Below are positions 11,724-27,265 of a stretch of 64,000 nucleotides of DNA, in pieces; positions within the stretch are counted from its first letter, which is position 1, and each line of letters begins with the position of its first letter. Below the pieces are notes generated by a model. That model made no database searches and had not been told where the DNA came from. It was given only the letters and a program-made list of their open reading frames with translations. The translations under genes were made by a program, and so were the position numbers. Location of the stretch: NCBI RefSeq assembly GCF_006345805.1, contig NC_042997.1:37510001-37574000 (forward strand), read 5' to 3'. This DNA is from Octopus sinensis (taxonomy: Eukaryota).

Positions 11724-14700
11724 TAATTACGAAACAATAATGCGGCCAGTTGGCACGACTGTTAGAACGCCGTTTATTGCAAAATAAGAATATATGAATT
11801 ATTTCAAATGACACGAACCACATCTGTGAGTGCGACTACTGACACTGTTTCGTCTGTCGCAGACAGTCATTTCCGGATTGAGCTAAATTGCTACAAGATA
11901 CGTTTGAATGAAAAATATTTCACATGATTAATAAAATGCTCGCTTATAATTAACCAAACGTCAGAAAATTTCAACTTCCTGTCTTAATATAAAATATATG
12001 CTATTCTATTTTAAAGTAACTGACACAATAGTGATGACGACCAAACAGTCCAAACATTTCTTGTACCTCAACATCTCCGCGATAGCAACTGAATTTCGAC
12101 TTAAACGTTCTTGAGTGCAAGCGTGTAAACATGATAGAAATACGATTACAAGAGACGCATGCAGACAACGTTATAGTAAAGGGTCTGCAAACTTTTATAA
12201 CACGAAGCATCTCCCGAAGCCCAGGATACTTTGTTACTATATCCTATTTCAGCGTTAATTGCTTTCGATGGGTATCTATTAGCCTGCAAGTGTCGACATT
12301 CCTCTCCAGCCCAGACTTCAGCAGTGCTATCTATATCTATGACGTAACATCAGGTAAACAAGAAGAGAGCGCCAGCAGTAGGCCGGTTCTTTATTTATCG
12401 ATCTCAAAATGTAAAAAGGCCGTAATGCCCGCAGAGGTATTCGGAATCAGAGCCCAAAGAGCCGGAACAAATACGGCAACGCTTTCTATTCAAAGCTCTA
12501 ATGACTATTGATCGGTTTCTGTACAGACACCTGCAGACACAGAGTTATCTGTACATGGATATGAGATATAGAAAAAAAATAATATATAATATATACTCCT
12601 GATTTTTTACACACGCGTACTTTGCTGACTTCTAGTCATATGTTCAATTCACATACGCACAAATTCACAACACTGAATAACTGATCTTTTTTCTATGTGT
12701 ATCCTTAGATCACTTATTTCCGTTAACAAAAGTCATAGTGCAGTGTTTCATATCATTCCCTCGGTAAATGGATGGCCTGGTTAGCATCACAACTCTTGTC
12801 TATGACGAGTGGAAATGAAAGTGCGGGATTATGGTGCCAGCATCAACTGAAGCGGAGCGAGAGAATAATAGTGTCGAGGAGCAGCAACGTGGAGCCTGGT
12901 TAAGACGGGAAAAATCAGTGACACGCAAATTTCCATCGGATCACATACTTGGTCCAAAACTTTGCGAGGTTCTTCCCAATCCATCTAAATTCTTATTCTG
13001 GGAGAAAAAAGAAAGGTCACCGGCTTTTATCTGTGCTTGAAAGGAGGAAATATGCAGCACATCATAATCAGCAATTCAAAATATATACACGAGTGAAAAA
13101 AAAAGAAAGACAGAAGTACTTAACACATTTGGTAGGAACTATATATAGGAATTATATATATAATTTTAATAACATTTAGTATCAGCTATACATGATTTAA
13201 CTTGGGCGCGTGGACATGTCCATCAAATGAGTCGCTAGGAGCAGTGAAAATGTTCCTGTCTAGGCTTCCATTGCAGAAGTCAGGTCACGTGTATTAAAGT
13301 GCCAGTATATTCTCTATATTTTGAAACTTACATTTCTAGAGAGGTTGCTGGCAGAGTGTTGGCACCATTTTGGCAGCAGACTATCATATTGTTTTCAGTG
13401 ACTAACATAGATACTCCCTTCAATACCGACAATATGAATGCCAGTTAGATATCTCTTCAAACGTCGCATACTACAATAACCTCTACACAGCTAACTACTA
13501 AGAAGATGCTGAATCTCAAAAGCTGTAGTCCATAAAGCCACTCTCAATTGAAATGAGGCATCCCAAAACCCAATACAGATATGACAGCAAATGTATTTAA
13601 GGAAAAGCAAATGCAACACATGCACCTCTTCAGGTGCAGAGATAGTAAATGCTGTACCGTCCTGTTGAGCTTCAACTGGAGACTCAGTGACAACCTAAAT
13701 GACTTCTCCAACATCCTATACAGTATCTTTGGCAGCCTATCTTTACTGACCTGAAGCTCACAATTGCCAGCTCTGTTTCTGCTAAAAAATACACTTCACC
13801 CACCAATCAGCAACATCCAGCAAGAGAAAGAATGAACTAACTTATTGTTACCACCGTATATACTCCCTGTCAATTAATTTCAAGCCACATGTGGCTAGTT
13901 CTACCATCCAAGACCTAGTTAGCCCAAGACCTAGTTCCAAGACCACCTAGTTCTACCATCCAAGACCTAGTTAGCCCAGACTCAAGAGATTGGTGCTTAA
14001 TCCATGCTGCCCGTATTGGCTACAACCCACACGTGTTGTTCATGTAACCTGATCTATAGTCCAACACCATCATATTTCGTAACTCATTTGTAAAGACTGC
14101 TGTCGCTAGTATCCCCGTGCTCCACTGAACAACTACTGGACTACTGACTCCCTTCAACATTCCATCCCGTATGTGATGCCAAATACAATGAGCTAATACA
14201 CTATGTTGCCGCTGGCTAGCAAAGATGTGCCATTATCCTCTCCAAACAGATGGACATTAAAATAGAGAAAAAATCCTTGTCACTTTGCTAACGTTAGTAC
14301 CATGTGTCATGAATAAATACCAAGAAACCGTCCTGAAATTTCTCCAATCTGCTAGTGGCATCTCCTGGGATGGACGTGTCCCACACCACCAACACCACAC
14401 AAGTCATATAGAACTGAGTCAAAGTGACAGCTATATATCTATCTTTCAATATATTTGATTTTTAATTGGTTATAGCAACCTGTAATATAATGTATTTTAA
14501 ATATCTCGATATATTAATATATTACTATATCTTATTGCATCTTACTCTCTCTCTCTCTCTCTCTTTATAGATATGATAGAAAATTTAGACAAATACGCAT
14601 AAAAGTCTAATGCGAAATCCATTTCCTACTATCAATTAATACTACCTATATTTGTGTGTGTGTGTGCATACACACACACACACACACACATACACAAATA

Positions 14701-15635
14701 TCAGTTGAGTAAATTTAAAATTTTGTCTGGTTTTCACCATTTTTATTATAGCAATAACATTTTTTAAATGTTGAATTATGTTAAATATCAAAAAAAAAAT
14801 ATATTATGTTCATATAGATCAATTAGCGCTTTCATACGTTCATAGTCATCATCAGTTTTCAAAATGTATTAACTGACTGTTGAGTTGGGTGCATGACAAC
14901 TGTAGTAAAATGACTGACTTTTTCCTTTTTACACCTTTTAGAAGATTCCGACACGCTGATTGTTTTGTAAACGGTTTTGACCAGTCACCATGCATCATAA
15001 ACGTCACGGCTTGCCCGACGCACCGATATTACTGGCATAGATCCCGCCTTTATTTTGACGAGTTACCTTGCGGTTTACATGTAATGGTTTTTTGAGTGAG
15101 CAAACTTAGTTGGTTTCGATAATTTCGTCCATTCTACCTTTGCATTTACCTGCAACATGATCTGAATTGTCAGGATTTTATCTCTCCACCACGAAGACGG
15201 AGAAGGCATCTATTCAATGTTTACTTGCTTCCATTACTGGTGGTATATTATGGTGAACTACATCTCTCAAAATTTTGAATTAAATACGCGCCCTCCAAAA
15301 CGGCCGTCGGACTTGTAACAGCATACCGTCTACCCCTTTATTTTTATCTGTCTTTGTACTCTGTGTAAGTTTGCTCTGTTAATATATTAATTATATATGG
15401 ATTTACACTTGATCATTCATAGTCTGAAAATGTTCAATCGATGTTTTCTCTCTATTTACATGTATACATGTATATATGTTTTGTACATCAAACCCAAGCA
15501 GTTATAGTTGATTATTTACATCATACTTTCTCTGCATCTCCTTTTGTCTCTATCTCTCACTCTTTCTCACTCTCTCACTCTTTTCCCCTCTCTCTATATA
15601 TATATATAATATATTATATATATTTATATATATAC

Positions 15636-15696
<61 letters not shown>

Positions 15697-16098
15697 AAAC
15701 ATATATACATACATATATGTACATGCTTACAAGTGTGTTTTGTGTAAATGTGATAGTAGGTAACATAAAAGAGAATTAATATAAAAACGGAGGATATATT
15801 CTAAATGGAATATATATATGAAGCACACGAAAGACAATGGTGACATACGAGCCAATTTGTAAAGAAATTCGGAATGACTAATGCTATTACGTAATGAAAA
15901 TCCAAAGGGTAGATATAGGCGAAGCCAGTAATTTGCATGAGTAAAAAGCAAGAGATAGTGCAAGAGTAGAGAGCCGTCACGAAATAAATGAAAAGGAAGG
16001 GAAGGGAATGATAAAAGGTAGGCGTACAACAGACTCCGAAATTGGTTAAAGCCATATAGAAAATCGGTTTGTGTGAACTAAGGAGATTAATGTAGCGT

Positions 16099-16481
16099 GG
16101 AGGCGCAATGGCCCAGTGGTTAGGGCAGCGGACTCGCGGTCGTAGGATCGCAGTTTCGATTCACAGACCGGGTGTTGTGAGTGTTTATTGAACGAAAAAC
16201 ACCTAAAGCTCCACGAGGCTCCGGCAGGGGATGGTGGTGATCCCTGCTGTACTCTTTCACCACAACTTTCTCTCACTCTTACATCCTGTTTCTGTTGTAC
16301 CTGTATTTCAAAGGGCCGGCCTTGTCACTCTCTGTGTCACGCTGAATATCCCCGAGAACTACGTTAAGGGTACACGTGTCTGTGGAGTGCTCAGCCACTT
16401 ACACGTTAATTTCACGAGCAGGATGTTCCGTTGATCGGATCAACCGGAACCCTCGTCGTCGTAACCGACGGAGTGCTTCCA
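16099..16481 (+). mobile_element. Full-length tRNA-derived SINE
   Basis: Pol III A box tggcccagtgg (16109-16119) and B box gtttcgattc (16153-16162). The head is shared with the copy at 22724-23020. Confidence 0.85.
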
Positions 16482-17519
16482 GTTAAGGTAGCATATTGTT
16501 TTAATAGGAGCACATAGTAATCAAACCAAATTTAGAATTGACTTTGCTGTGAAGCTGAGTGAGCATATTGAATTCCTCGGATAAAAAGTATACGTGGCAC
16601 GTATGGTTACAGGGGTAAATTTGATAAGAAAGCATTTAATTTTATTATGTATTTTATATTTTAAACTTCAGATGTATGTCGAATATCTTGTTGATGTTTC
16701 ATAATTCATAACTAATCTCGTATATATACTGGATATATATGTAAGTTCCTAGTAGTTTCAATAAAGTATATTCCTTATTTATATCATCACTGGCGGAATT
16801 TCCGAAAATGAAACCTCCGGTAAGAAATTGATTTAACTGGAGTGAATACAATATCAACGTGGTGTTGCATTTGCGCCAAGTCTGAAGAAAAATTCCTTTA
16901 ATTTTATATGGTTTTACACTACAATTTTTTCCGTACCAAATAAGATGTAGATTGATGTAGATTGATGTTTGATGTAATTGTTACATCAAACTGATTGATA
17001 ATACCGTTATCCATGTTCCTTTGATTGGTTATATTTATATACTGTAATGCATGCCTCAGTCTCATAATTAGTATATTTCCTTGTTATATATCTTTGTTAT
17101 CCTAGGTATAGATATTTGGGTTTTTTTTTTGATAACTGAATATTAATTCTAATTTTCCTCTCTTTACATTCTGTTAACCCGGTTTTCTTATTATTGCTGG
17201 ACCAGGGATTCATTTGTTATCCTTTTTATCATATATATGACTGAGTGTAAGTATGTTGTGTGCCTGTGCCTTTGTGTGTTTGTATATGTATATATGTATT
17301 TATGCATGCATATAAGTATGTGTGCGCGAACATCGATGTTTATTTTTCTACAACTTCTTGTAATACATTTTTAGTTAGAGAATATTAGAGTATACAGCAT
17401 GATCAAATCTTTTTCATTGTTCGTGATGCATACTCTGATAAAAATTGTTCATATTTATTGAGAACACAACATCAAATTGAACTACAACTAAAATGCAATA
17501 CAATAACTCGTATGTTCTA

Positions 17520-17745
17520 TACAGTAATCCCTCGCCATATCGCGGTTCACCTATCGCGCACACAGTACATCGCGGATTTTTTCTGGCTAATACATGTAAA
17601 TTTATATCGCAGTCTCTTTAGAATATCTTTAGAATATCGTGGGTTTCTGAAGCTGAAAGGTATTTATATTGTTTTAAATTTTAATTAGTTTCATGGGGGT
17701 GGAGGTGGAATGTAATACTCGCGATAGTCGACAGATTATTGTGTA
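17520..17745. mobile_element. Degenerate Tc1/pogo (Tigger-like) MITE
   Basis: Left end TA|CAGTAATCCCTCG..atcgcg. Right end gcgatagtcgacagattattgtg|TA is a degraded inverted copy. TA at both ends. Confidence 0.5.
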
Positions 17746-19249
17746 TGGAATTTTCAGCGGGATTTGATCTGTCTCAAATCGGAACTTAAAAGGTACAGCA
17801 ATGTGCGCACAATATATTTACAATATTTACATTTACAAAATATGACAATCACAACATAACGTTCCCTCATTGGAGAATATAGCTTAAATAGATTATTTCA
17901 GAATTATGGGAATGCTTTCATATGAAAAGTTCAACTTTTATCTATATATATTTTAGCGGTCAACCAAAATCCAATAAACGATAATTATACGGTAAAAATG
18001 TCCTTATCAAAATTTGTTGCTTTACTATCCATCGTAGGCTACAAAGTATCACTTTGTTAATCTGATCTCTGTTCCACAGTTTTCTTTCTTTAGATGTAAA
18101 ATAAGTATATTTTATATATCATTATTTTAGTATGATCAAAGACAGCAATAAACATCGTTAGAAATGGACACATTCACTGCATTAATTTCCTGTATAGAAA
18201 TATCAGCGTCAAAGTTATGTTTCTTTTTTTTCTTTTTTAAATATATATTACTAGATTTGTGGTGATAAAGATGTGTTTAGGCTAAAGAGATATATTGCAA
18301 GAATATATAGTGCACATTATTATAGATTAATTTATGTTTTCTCTACTTCCTCTGTATTAAAACTTTTTATATTTTCAATAATATTTTAAATATTCTCTTT
18401 ATAAACAGAATATCATTAACATTTAAAATATATACATGTTCTTATCAGATCGTATGTTATTATTAATCCGTCTGGAAATATGAATAAATGGAGAAAAATT
18501 AAAATAATTAACCTCACAGTGAATTACAAAGAGGAATAAACGCAGTTGAAATTGTTTTTAAAATTGTGAAATTGCATTATATTTTCATATCTGTTTTGTT
18601 TATAAGAATATGGATTTTGGAAATGTATGTGAATGTCATAATTATTATAAGAGGTCGAACACTAGTTTGAGAGATATATTATCTCCGATTTATTGTGAAA
18701 ATGTGCATTAACTCTTGAATAATATAGCACTTACCCATGAACTATATCTGACACAAGATCAAAATTACTTTGACGTTTTAACTTGTAAGAAACATATGTG
18801 TCTCCGATTTGTCGTATAGATCTTCGTGCACATAACTGCCAATAGGTTTAATGACGGAATCTACTGAAACAGCTTTAACAGTTTCAATGCCAGATCAAAG
18901 CAGCACATCGTCTCCTCCAGCAATACAAGTTAGTTTAAGTTGACTGTGTCTATTCATCTAAAACTGAGGAACACTGCTAATACAGCTACACTAGCTTCCA
19001 GATGTCATATCCTGGATTTTTCTCTGAATCAAGGGAGTGAGGATTGAATAAGTGTCTGCTTGTAATTACATAGGCATATAAACCTAACAGTGATAACATG
19101 CAAGTGAAAATTAATATTTCTATATACACAAATAGGGGTAGAGATGTTGTTCACGAATGATACGAAATGTTATGTTGGTGTATAGAAACTTAATAGTAGA
19201 AATAATTTTCTCCTAGTTTATCACTCAGATGTACGCAATGATTCGCGTA

Positions 19250-19659
19250 TACTCTTACTCTTTTACTTGTTTCAGTCATTTTACTGCGGCCATGCTGGAG
19301 CGCCGCCTTTAGTCGAGCAAATCGACCCCGGGACTTATTCTTTGTAAGCCCAGTACTTATTCTATCGGTCTCTTTTTTGCCGAACCGCTAAGTGACGGGG
19401 ACGTAAACACACCAGCATCGGTTGTCAAGCAATGCTAGGGGGACAAACACAGACACACAAACACACACACACATATATATATATATACATATATACGACA
19501 GGCTTCATTCAGTTTCCGTCTACCAAATCCAATCACAAGGCATTGGTCGGCCCGGGGCTATAGCAGAAGGCACTTGCCCAAGATGCCACACAGTGGGACT
19601 GAACCCGGAACCATGTGGTTGGTTAGCAAGCTACTTACCACACAGCCACTCCTGCGCCT
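19250..19659 (-). mobile_element. tRNA-derived SINE with internal CA/TA microsatellite (same family as 57271-57701)
   Basis: Minus-strand head ggcgcaggagtggctgtgtggtaag...ggttccgggttcagtccc. Tail (gagtaaaa/gagtaa)n. Near-identical paralog on the + strand. Confidence 0.9.
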
Positions 19660-20581
19660 GTATAGTTAATTTTTTTTTCATACTAACTTTCTCCAAATTG
19701 TCGAATGTCTTACAAGATTTCTGTCGGACACTAATCATACATACAAACGAGTACATCGGTAGAATTACTTTCAAAGTGACAAATATGGACAAATATTGCT
19801 TTGGAAATAAAATATGGATATGTGGAAATAAGGTCTTTCCCAGAAAATAAAATTGATTCATTGGTTACGAAACAGTAAATGTGTAGTTCCTGGTTGAAAC
19901 ACATATAATGCTTTTAAAATATGAAATTGAAGTTATTTGGATTGATATCAAGACCAACGCTTGGATTGCCAAGTTGACTGAATGATATGTTATGTAAGAG
20001 AACGACAATCGGATCGGTTTTATAACATCAATACATAAAGTATAATCGTATTTACATACAAAATCAGCTTTGTGCGTTAGATATATATTCAAAGTAATTA
20101 TTTGCATTCAAATAATATCTCTAATTATAATGCAGATGTGTGAAATATGTATAACGCTGCCAAAACGAGGTAGATATTTGAGCAAGCATGTCATTGCAAT
20201 AGAGGAAATATAAATTATATTCAGGTGCCATGTAAACTTTCTTATCATCAGATGAATAGCGTTTACTATCCTTATTGCCAAACATCAATGCCTGCAACTG
20301 GCGGCAAGCGAGGACATTTCTCGTATATGTTGAGAATTACTTTTCCTTTTGATTGAAGTGATGATTCTTTGAAAGATAATCAATATACGCGCTTAATGAA
20401 AGATACTCCAAACGGTATTCATGAGTCAGTGATTTGAAACGTACTCATCGGATAATATAGCAATTCTATTCTTATTTCTATTCAAAATACATACGCATGA
20501 TAATGTTTGTGTGAGCGTGCGTACGTGCGTGTGTTTGTGTATACACCTACACATGCATATACACATGCATATAGAAAGAGA

Positions 20582-20992
<411 letters not shown>

Positions 20993-21491
20993 ATTTGGGT
21001 TGAAACAAATTCTCTCCAGCAGCCAGAAATTTTGGTCACACCTATTATCAGTGGACATTTTCTCAGCTACTAAAACAAAATGAAACACGGGTTGCACAGC
21101 GTTATGTGTGACGTTACCCATGGACTTTGTCTCATCGTAGAATTTCACCACTGGTGTTTATTTCCTTTTGAACTTAGTAGTTCAGTATTAAAACTCGAAA
21201 GAATAAGACTCGGATCGATTAAATTAAATTATATGAAATTAAACCTTTCAAGGCGGGCTCCAGCATAACTGCTGTGCGATTACAAAAGAAAGGTTAAGAC
21301 TTGAAATTGCCTTGATCCCTATGACAATATTCTGCGTATGTATTATCCCTTTGTTCCTTTTGTTTCTGCTTATATATATATTAAGCGTGTTGTTTCAATA
21401 TATATATACATACGTAATTAACGTTAATAGTTATTAGCACAAACGATGACATAGGACATTTTCAAACCACTCTCCGAGCGTGCACACATAT

Positions 21492-21546
<55 letters not shown>

Positions 21547-21632
21547 AATGCATGCGTGGCATTTAATAGTTTCTTCATATAGTAATATATAATATATATA
21601 CATGCATATATACTTACATATATGTATATACT

Positions 21633-21676
<44 letters not shown>

Positions 21677-21677
21677 C

Positions 21678-21740
<63 letters not shown>

Positions 21741-21744
21741 CATA

Positions 21745-21960
21745 CATACATATGCATATATGGATAAAGGACGTCATAATACGTAAACAACATGAAATAC
21801 GAAATACGAAAACATGGAATACGAAATCTTTTTCGAACAACGAAAGAAACAAGTGGAAAACAAGACAAGTAAAATAAAGTACGACCCTTCATCAGTTGTC
21901 GAGTGTTTATCTTCTCCACCTTTCGAGCAATCACGACAAGATATGTATTCAAGAAAACAG
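21745..21960. repeat. Dispersed repeat, second copy at ~23160-23325; probably a PLE-related terminal sequence
   Basis: Shared gcatatatgg..ggacgtcata..aaacaacatgaaatacgaaatacgaaaacatggaatacg. The family assignment is inference. Confidence 0.6.
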
Positions 21961-22723
21961 TTGCTTCCGCAAAGCAAAATATAATTTGGGATTTGCGATG
22001 GGTCAAATTTGATAACAAAAACAGGACAGTGAAAACAAACTGTAAGGGCTACTGAAACATAACGAGGTGAAGTAGTGAACGCTGCAGAAACAAGCTTTGA
22101 TAGGAGAAAAGATAGGAGAGGAGCGAGACAAGAATGTGTTTGATCACTGTGGCAGATCAAATGGAAAGAAGAGGACATAAAATGAATTAGAGAAAGGAAG
22201 AGAAAGGGAACGAAAGCGGGGAAAGAGAGAACAGTACAGAGTCGCATTAAAATTATGATAAACCTACTTGAAAATGGATGCGTGGCGTTCAATCATATAA
22301 TAATATAAATAATATATATATATATATTATATATATATATATTATATATATTATATATATATATATATATCTATATATATATATATATAGCGTACAATAG
22401 ACAATATACAAAAAGGTGAAATATAATTAATTTAATAAAATTATAAATTTCACCTACTAGTTTTATCGGTATGGAAAAGACAATATTTGGTAAGGATTAT
22501 ATTAATTATAATAAAGGGTTAATTGCAACAAGTTTCTGAAAACCACATACCGAAAATATTAGAAATGGCAGCCAAAGAGGTCACCATTTCTCCTACTAGT
22601 AAAAAAGTCTCCACAAACAAACAGAATTTGCAACCCGTATATGGCAAGGAGAAAGAAAATAACGAAATCACAGCCTATTTGGATTAATTATAGACGAAAT
22701 TATATATATATATATATATATAT

Positions 22724-23020
22724 ATCACCGTGATCACCGTGACCGACCAGGCTATCAGATGTTGCTACACATCGTTGGACACAATGCGCTTCGCATTGTT
22801 TTAGCTCTCAAATGACGCCACCCCGCCAGCTAAGCGAGCAGGCCAACAGAAGAAAGAGTGAGAGAAGGTTGTGGCGATAGAGTACGGCAGGGATCGCCAC
22901 CTACCCCTGCCGGAGCTTCGTGGAGCTTTAGGTGTATTCGTTCAATAAACACTCACGAGGGCCGGTCTAGTAATCGAAACCACGAGTCCGCTACCCTAAA
23001 CACTAGGCCGTTGCGCCTCC
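22724..23020 (-). mobile_element. tRNA-derived SINE; head as in 16099-16481 but a different 3' body and (cacggtgat)n tail
   Basis: Minus-strand head ggaggcgcaacggcctagtg..tagggtagcggactcgtggtttcgatt. Diverges from the 16099 copy after ~170 bp. Confidence 0.82.
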
Positions 23021-23416
23021 AAACACACACACACACACACCACACACACACACACACACTATATATATATATATACATACACACAGATATATGCATATAT
23101 ATATATATATATATACATATATGTACAAACTTACATATGCAAACTTACTTATGTATATATGCATATATGGGTACAGGACGTCATATAACCTAAACAACAT
23201 GAAATACGAAATACGAAAACATGGAATACGGACATTTTTGCGAACAACAAAAGAAAAAAATGGTAAACAAGGCAAGTAGCATAAAGAGCGAACATTCGTC
23301 AGTTGTTGGCTGTTGCTCGAAATTTGGATGCAGATACGTATATATATATATGTATATATATATGAGTATATGTATATGTGAGTATATATATATATATATA
23401 TATATGTATATGTGAG

Positions 23417-23491
<75 letters not shown>

Positions 23492-23517
23492 TATATATAT
23501 TATATATATATATATAT

Positions 23518-23555
<38 letters not shown>

Positions 23556-23594
23556 ATTGTATATGTGAGTATATATATATGTTTATATATATAT

Positions 23595-23629
<35 letters not shown>

Positions 23630-23651
23630 ATGTATATGTGAGTATATATAT

Positions 23652-23716
<65 letters not shown>

Positions 23717-25439
23717 TTTTGCGTGTGTGCGTATGTTCCTTATGCATTCCAAAACTAAGTTGACGACTTTGACGTATACGTTATGAAATGATTAGTACTA
23801 TTTCCCCTTCCAACTAAACTTTATTTTCATTGACATATTTCCATAAAAAAAATTTAAAGATAATAATAACTCAACTATCGTAAGCATTTTATACGACGAC
23901 GACGACGATGACATTACATTTTCTCAATAAGTATGTACCTTGAAAGACATCCTTCATTACGATACACATCTTCACACACTCACTCACTCTATCTATCTGT
24001 TTCTCTCTCAAGCACAAATACGCACACACAAACACACACATCCATTTCATATACACGTACATACATCTTGCATTTTCTGCGCCCTCCCTTTCTCTCGCTT
24101 TCAATTTCTGCTCTCTTCAATTTTCGTTCAATTTCTGCTCTCTTTAATACACAAGGAAATTAATTTTTACGGAATAACAGTGAAACACAGAAAGAGAAAA
24201 AAGGTAGAGAGACGTGAGAATGAAACAGAGACAGAAAACAAGTTTCTATAGGAAAAGTTGAAAGATGGATAGCAGGTGAGAGACAGGTGTTGATGTTTCC
24301 TACCCTTTGCATATTTAATATTTGAAAGTGAAAGTCAGCAGAAAATTTATACTGTATGTTTTATAGGGGAAGGTGAAAGAAAGCTGCACAAAGAGAGAGG
24401 GAAAGTGGGAGAGAATTAGACGCCGAGAGCCCCACAAAGAAGTTTGTGTTATAAAATTTTAAGGTAATTTTCACTTTTGTCCCATGTTTCTTTCAAATTC
24501 TCATTACAATTTAAAGAGACCTTCTATTGTTAACATATTACAACTTCACTATATTTCTTTCTTTTGGAATTAAGAAAGGTATGCAAAAATAACTTCCTTT
24601 GGCATACACACATGTACAGAGTTAAAGTTCTGTATGAATTATGCCATTTTTTGCTTTGCATTAAATCGCAGCTCAAATCCTATGGAAATTACCTTTTCCA
24701 ATTCTGCTATTCATGTTTGTGAAGAGCGTATTTCAAAACTTGATCTTCCATTTAAACTTACAAGGAAGTTATCTCAGAAATCATGTCCTTTACCTGTTGT
24801 TTCTAGCATGTCTGCGTGGACATTTGCGTAACTCCCCTCACACATGCACACACGCACACATACACACATTTATTTCTTTCGTCAATTTACTTGCATTCCT
24901 ATGTTTTCTATACAGGAGATCTGCATCTTGCGTGAAAGCGGGTAGCTAATGGGTGGCCAAGTTGGGGGAAGGGGCATTCTGTATTTCTTTCAGAAAAATT
25001 AAATTTTCGAAAGCAAATTTTATTTCGAAAACAAATTGTGTTTCTCACATTCGTAATCTCTGTATTTTTCCATGTGCAAAAATAGTTGAAAATTAGGAAA
25101 TTTCGGCAGGGAGGGGGAAAATTATAATTTTGAAAACAAGATTTCTGGGCAAAATCATATTAACCCCTTTTTATTCCATGAAACAGCACATAGTTTGTGA
25201 TCATTCTTAGGAACATAAATCACTTTCCTGCAAATTGTTCCCCTCACTTCACTTCTGGACAAACAAGAACTTCCATTATGCCAGTAATCCATTCCACTAT
25301 ATATCAGCTAGCAGAAAGCATTACGTTTATCAAGAGAAAACATAACCAAATCATTCAGAGTTTTCTGCTTCTTCTCATAATAACGATATATAAATTGGCA
25401 TGAATTTTTCCACATCTTTTCATTCGTTACTAAAAAATC

Positions 25440-26215
25440 AAATTATACAATGCACAAATTCAAACTTCTATATCTTCCATCATATATATTCCTTAATGCC
25501 ACCAAAACGAAGACATTCTCATTTATCTCCACAAAGAAGGGCAGCAAAGAAAACTGCCTCTTTTCGTGCTAAAGAAAACTGTAATATTTAAAAACGATCA
25601 CCAGCGGCAGAAGTTCTGCTCTGCACTACATATATTGTCTGAGATGAATGTACGATGGCACAACGTTGTGCACTAAAAGCCCTAAATAGATAACTAAGGG
25701 ATATTAGGAACAATACTGTCGTATTCTGGTGTGGGGTGCTAAACAGTTGTCCTTGCAGGAGATTTCCGTCAAATATCACCAGTCATACCACAGAGTACGC
25801 GAGCTGACAACATCAATGTGTGTCTGAAGTTTTCGTCTCTGTGGAGGTTTGTTCGCCAGCTTTCAGTAAGCAACAATACGCGAGCTCATCTCTACAACGA
25901 CCCTTTAGCTGAAGAATTCTCTCATCAAATTCTACAAATTGGAAATGGCGCCTTGCCATTGAATGACACCCTGCAACAGCATGTAATGCAATGTGGGCAC
26001 ATAGGCCGGCTTAAAGGAAAGGTACTTAAAGGAAAGGTATTTCCCACATTGCAAGATACTTTCAAAAACATAGCATGGTTCACAGAGAGAGCTATTTTTG
26101 CACCTCGGAATGAGAGCGTTGATAAAGTAATCCATGAACTCCTCCAAATTCTACTCGGAGAGGCTTCAACTTTTGTCTCCATTGATACTACCACCGACGA
26201 ACATGCCACTATTGT
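25440..26215 (+). mobile_element. Helitron RepHel PIF1-like helicase relic
   Basis: IV*DECTMAQ (Walker B), LAGDFRQISPVIP, CLKFSSLW, LQIGNG, RAIFAPRNESVD, with stops and frameshifts. Confidence 0.88.
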
Positions 26216-26236
26216 TCATATCATTATTAATATTAA

Positions 26237-26275
<39 letters not shown>

Positions 26276-26283
26276 CACCATTA

Positions 26284-26320
<37 letters not shown>

Positions 26321-26440
26321 GTTGTTGTTATTGTTGTGGTTGTTGTTATTGTTATTATTATTGTTTTTATTATTATTATTATTATTATTGTTGTTATTAT
26401 TATTATTATTTTATTGTTATTATTATTGTTATTATTATTA

Positions 26441-26474
<34 letters not shown>

Positions 26475-26523
26475 CATGATTTTTATTGTTGTTGTTGTTA
26501 TTATTATTTTATTGTTATTATTA

Positions 26524-26572
<49 letters not shown>

Positions 26573-26620
26573 CATTGTCATTATTACTATTGTTGGTGTA
26601 GTTGTTGTTGTTGTTGCTTT
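26216..26620. repeat. (TTA)n/(TTG)n trinucleotide microsatellite
   Basis: Seen directly. It causes the poly-I/L/Y ORFs. Confidence 0.97.
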
Positions 26621-26721
26621 GTTCAACGCAGGTGCATTTTAATGAATATTCAAAGCTGAAGTGAATGTGTTACTTCTTATTATCCAAAATTGCAAATAAT
26701 CTGTTATTATACATGACTATT

Positions 26722-27265
26722 AATATTTTTCCTTCTAACAATGAAAGACAACTATCATTCAGATATAGTTTCATTTTACGTAATATTTCCGTATCATTTT
26801 GGTTTATAAAATCTTAAGTTCTCCAGGTGCAACTTCATTTATCTCGCTTTCTCTACACCGTATAATTTTTTAACAAGCGGGTAGCATTTTGCTTAGCAGT
26901 TTCATATATATAGAGTTATAAATTATGTTGATAAGATTTGACAGCTGTTATTATGCTTTCTCTCTCTTTCTCCTACTTATCTATAAATACATATAATATT
27001 TTTCCTTCTAACAATGAAAGACAACTATCATTCAGATATAGTTTCATTTTACGTAATATTTCCGTATCATTTTGGTTTATAAAATCTTAAGTTCTCCAGG
27101 TGCAACTTCATTTATCTCGCTTTCTCTACACCGTAAATTTTTAACAAGCGGGTAGCATTTTGCTTAGCAGTTTCATATATATAGAGTATAAATTATGTTG
27201 ATAAGATTTGGACAGCTGTTATTATGCTTTCTCTCTCTTTCTCCTACTTATATATAAATACATAT
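26722..27265. repeat. Tandem duplication, 2 x ~273 bp
   Basis: Units start at 26722 and 26995, near-identical except for single-base indels. Confidence 0.93.

Noticed and set aside
14870-15350. Higher-complexity segment as a possible exon
   Set aside because: Stops in all minus-strand frames examined and no recognisable motif.
16099-16170. tRNA gene
   Set aside because: A and B boxes are present but there is no complete cloverleaf, and it continues into a SINE body.
21880-21940. Minus-strand CTGATGA and GAAA motifs as a hammerhead
   Set aside because: I could not build consistent stems I-III in any type I, II or III topology.
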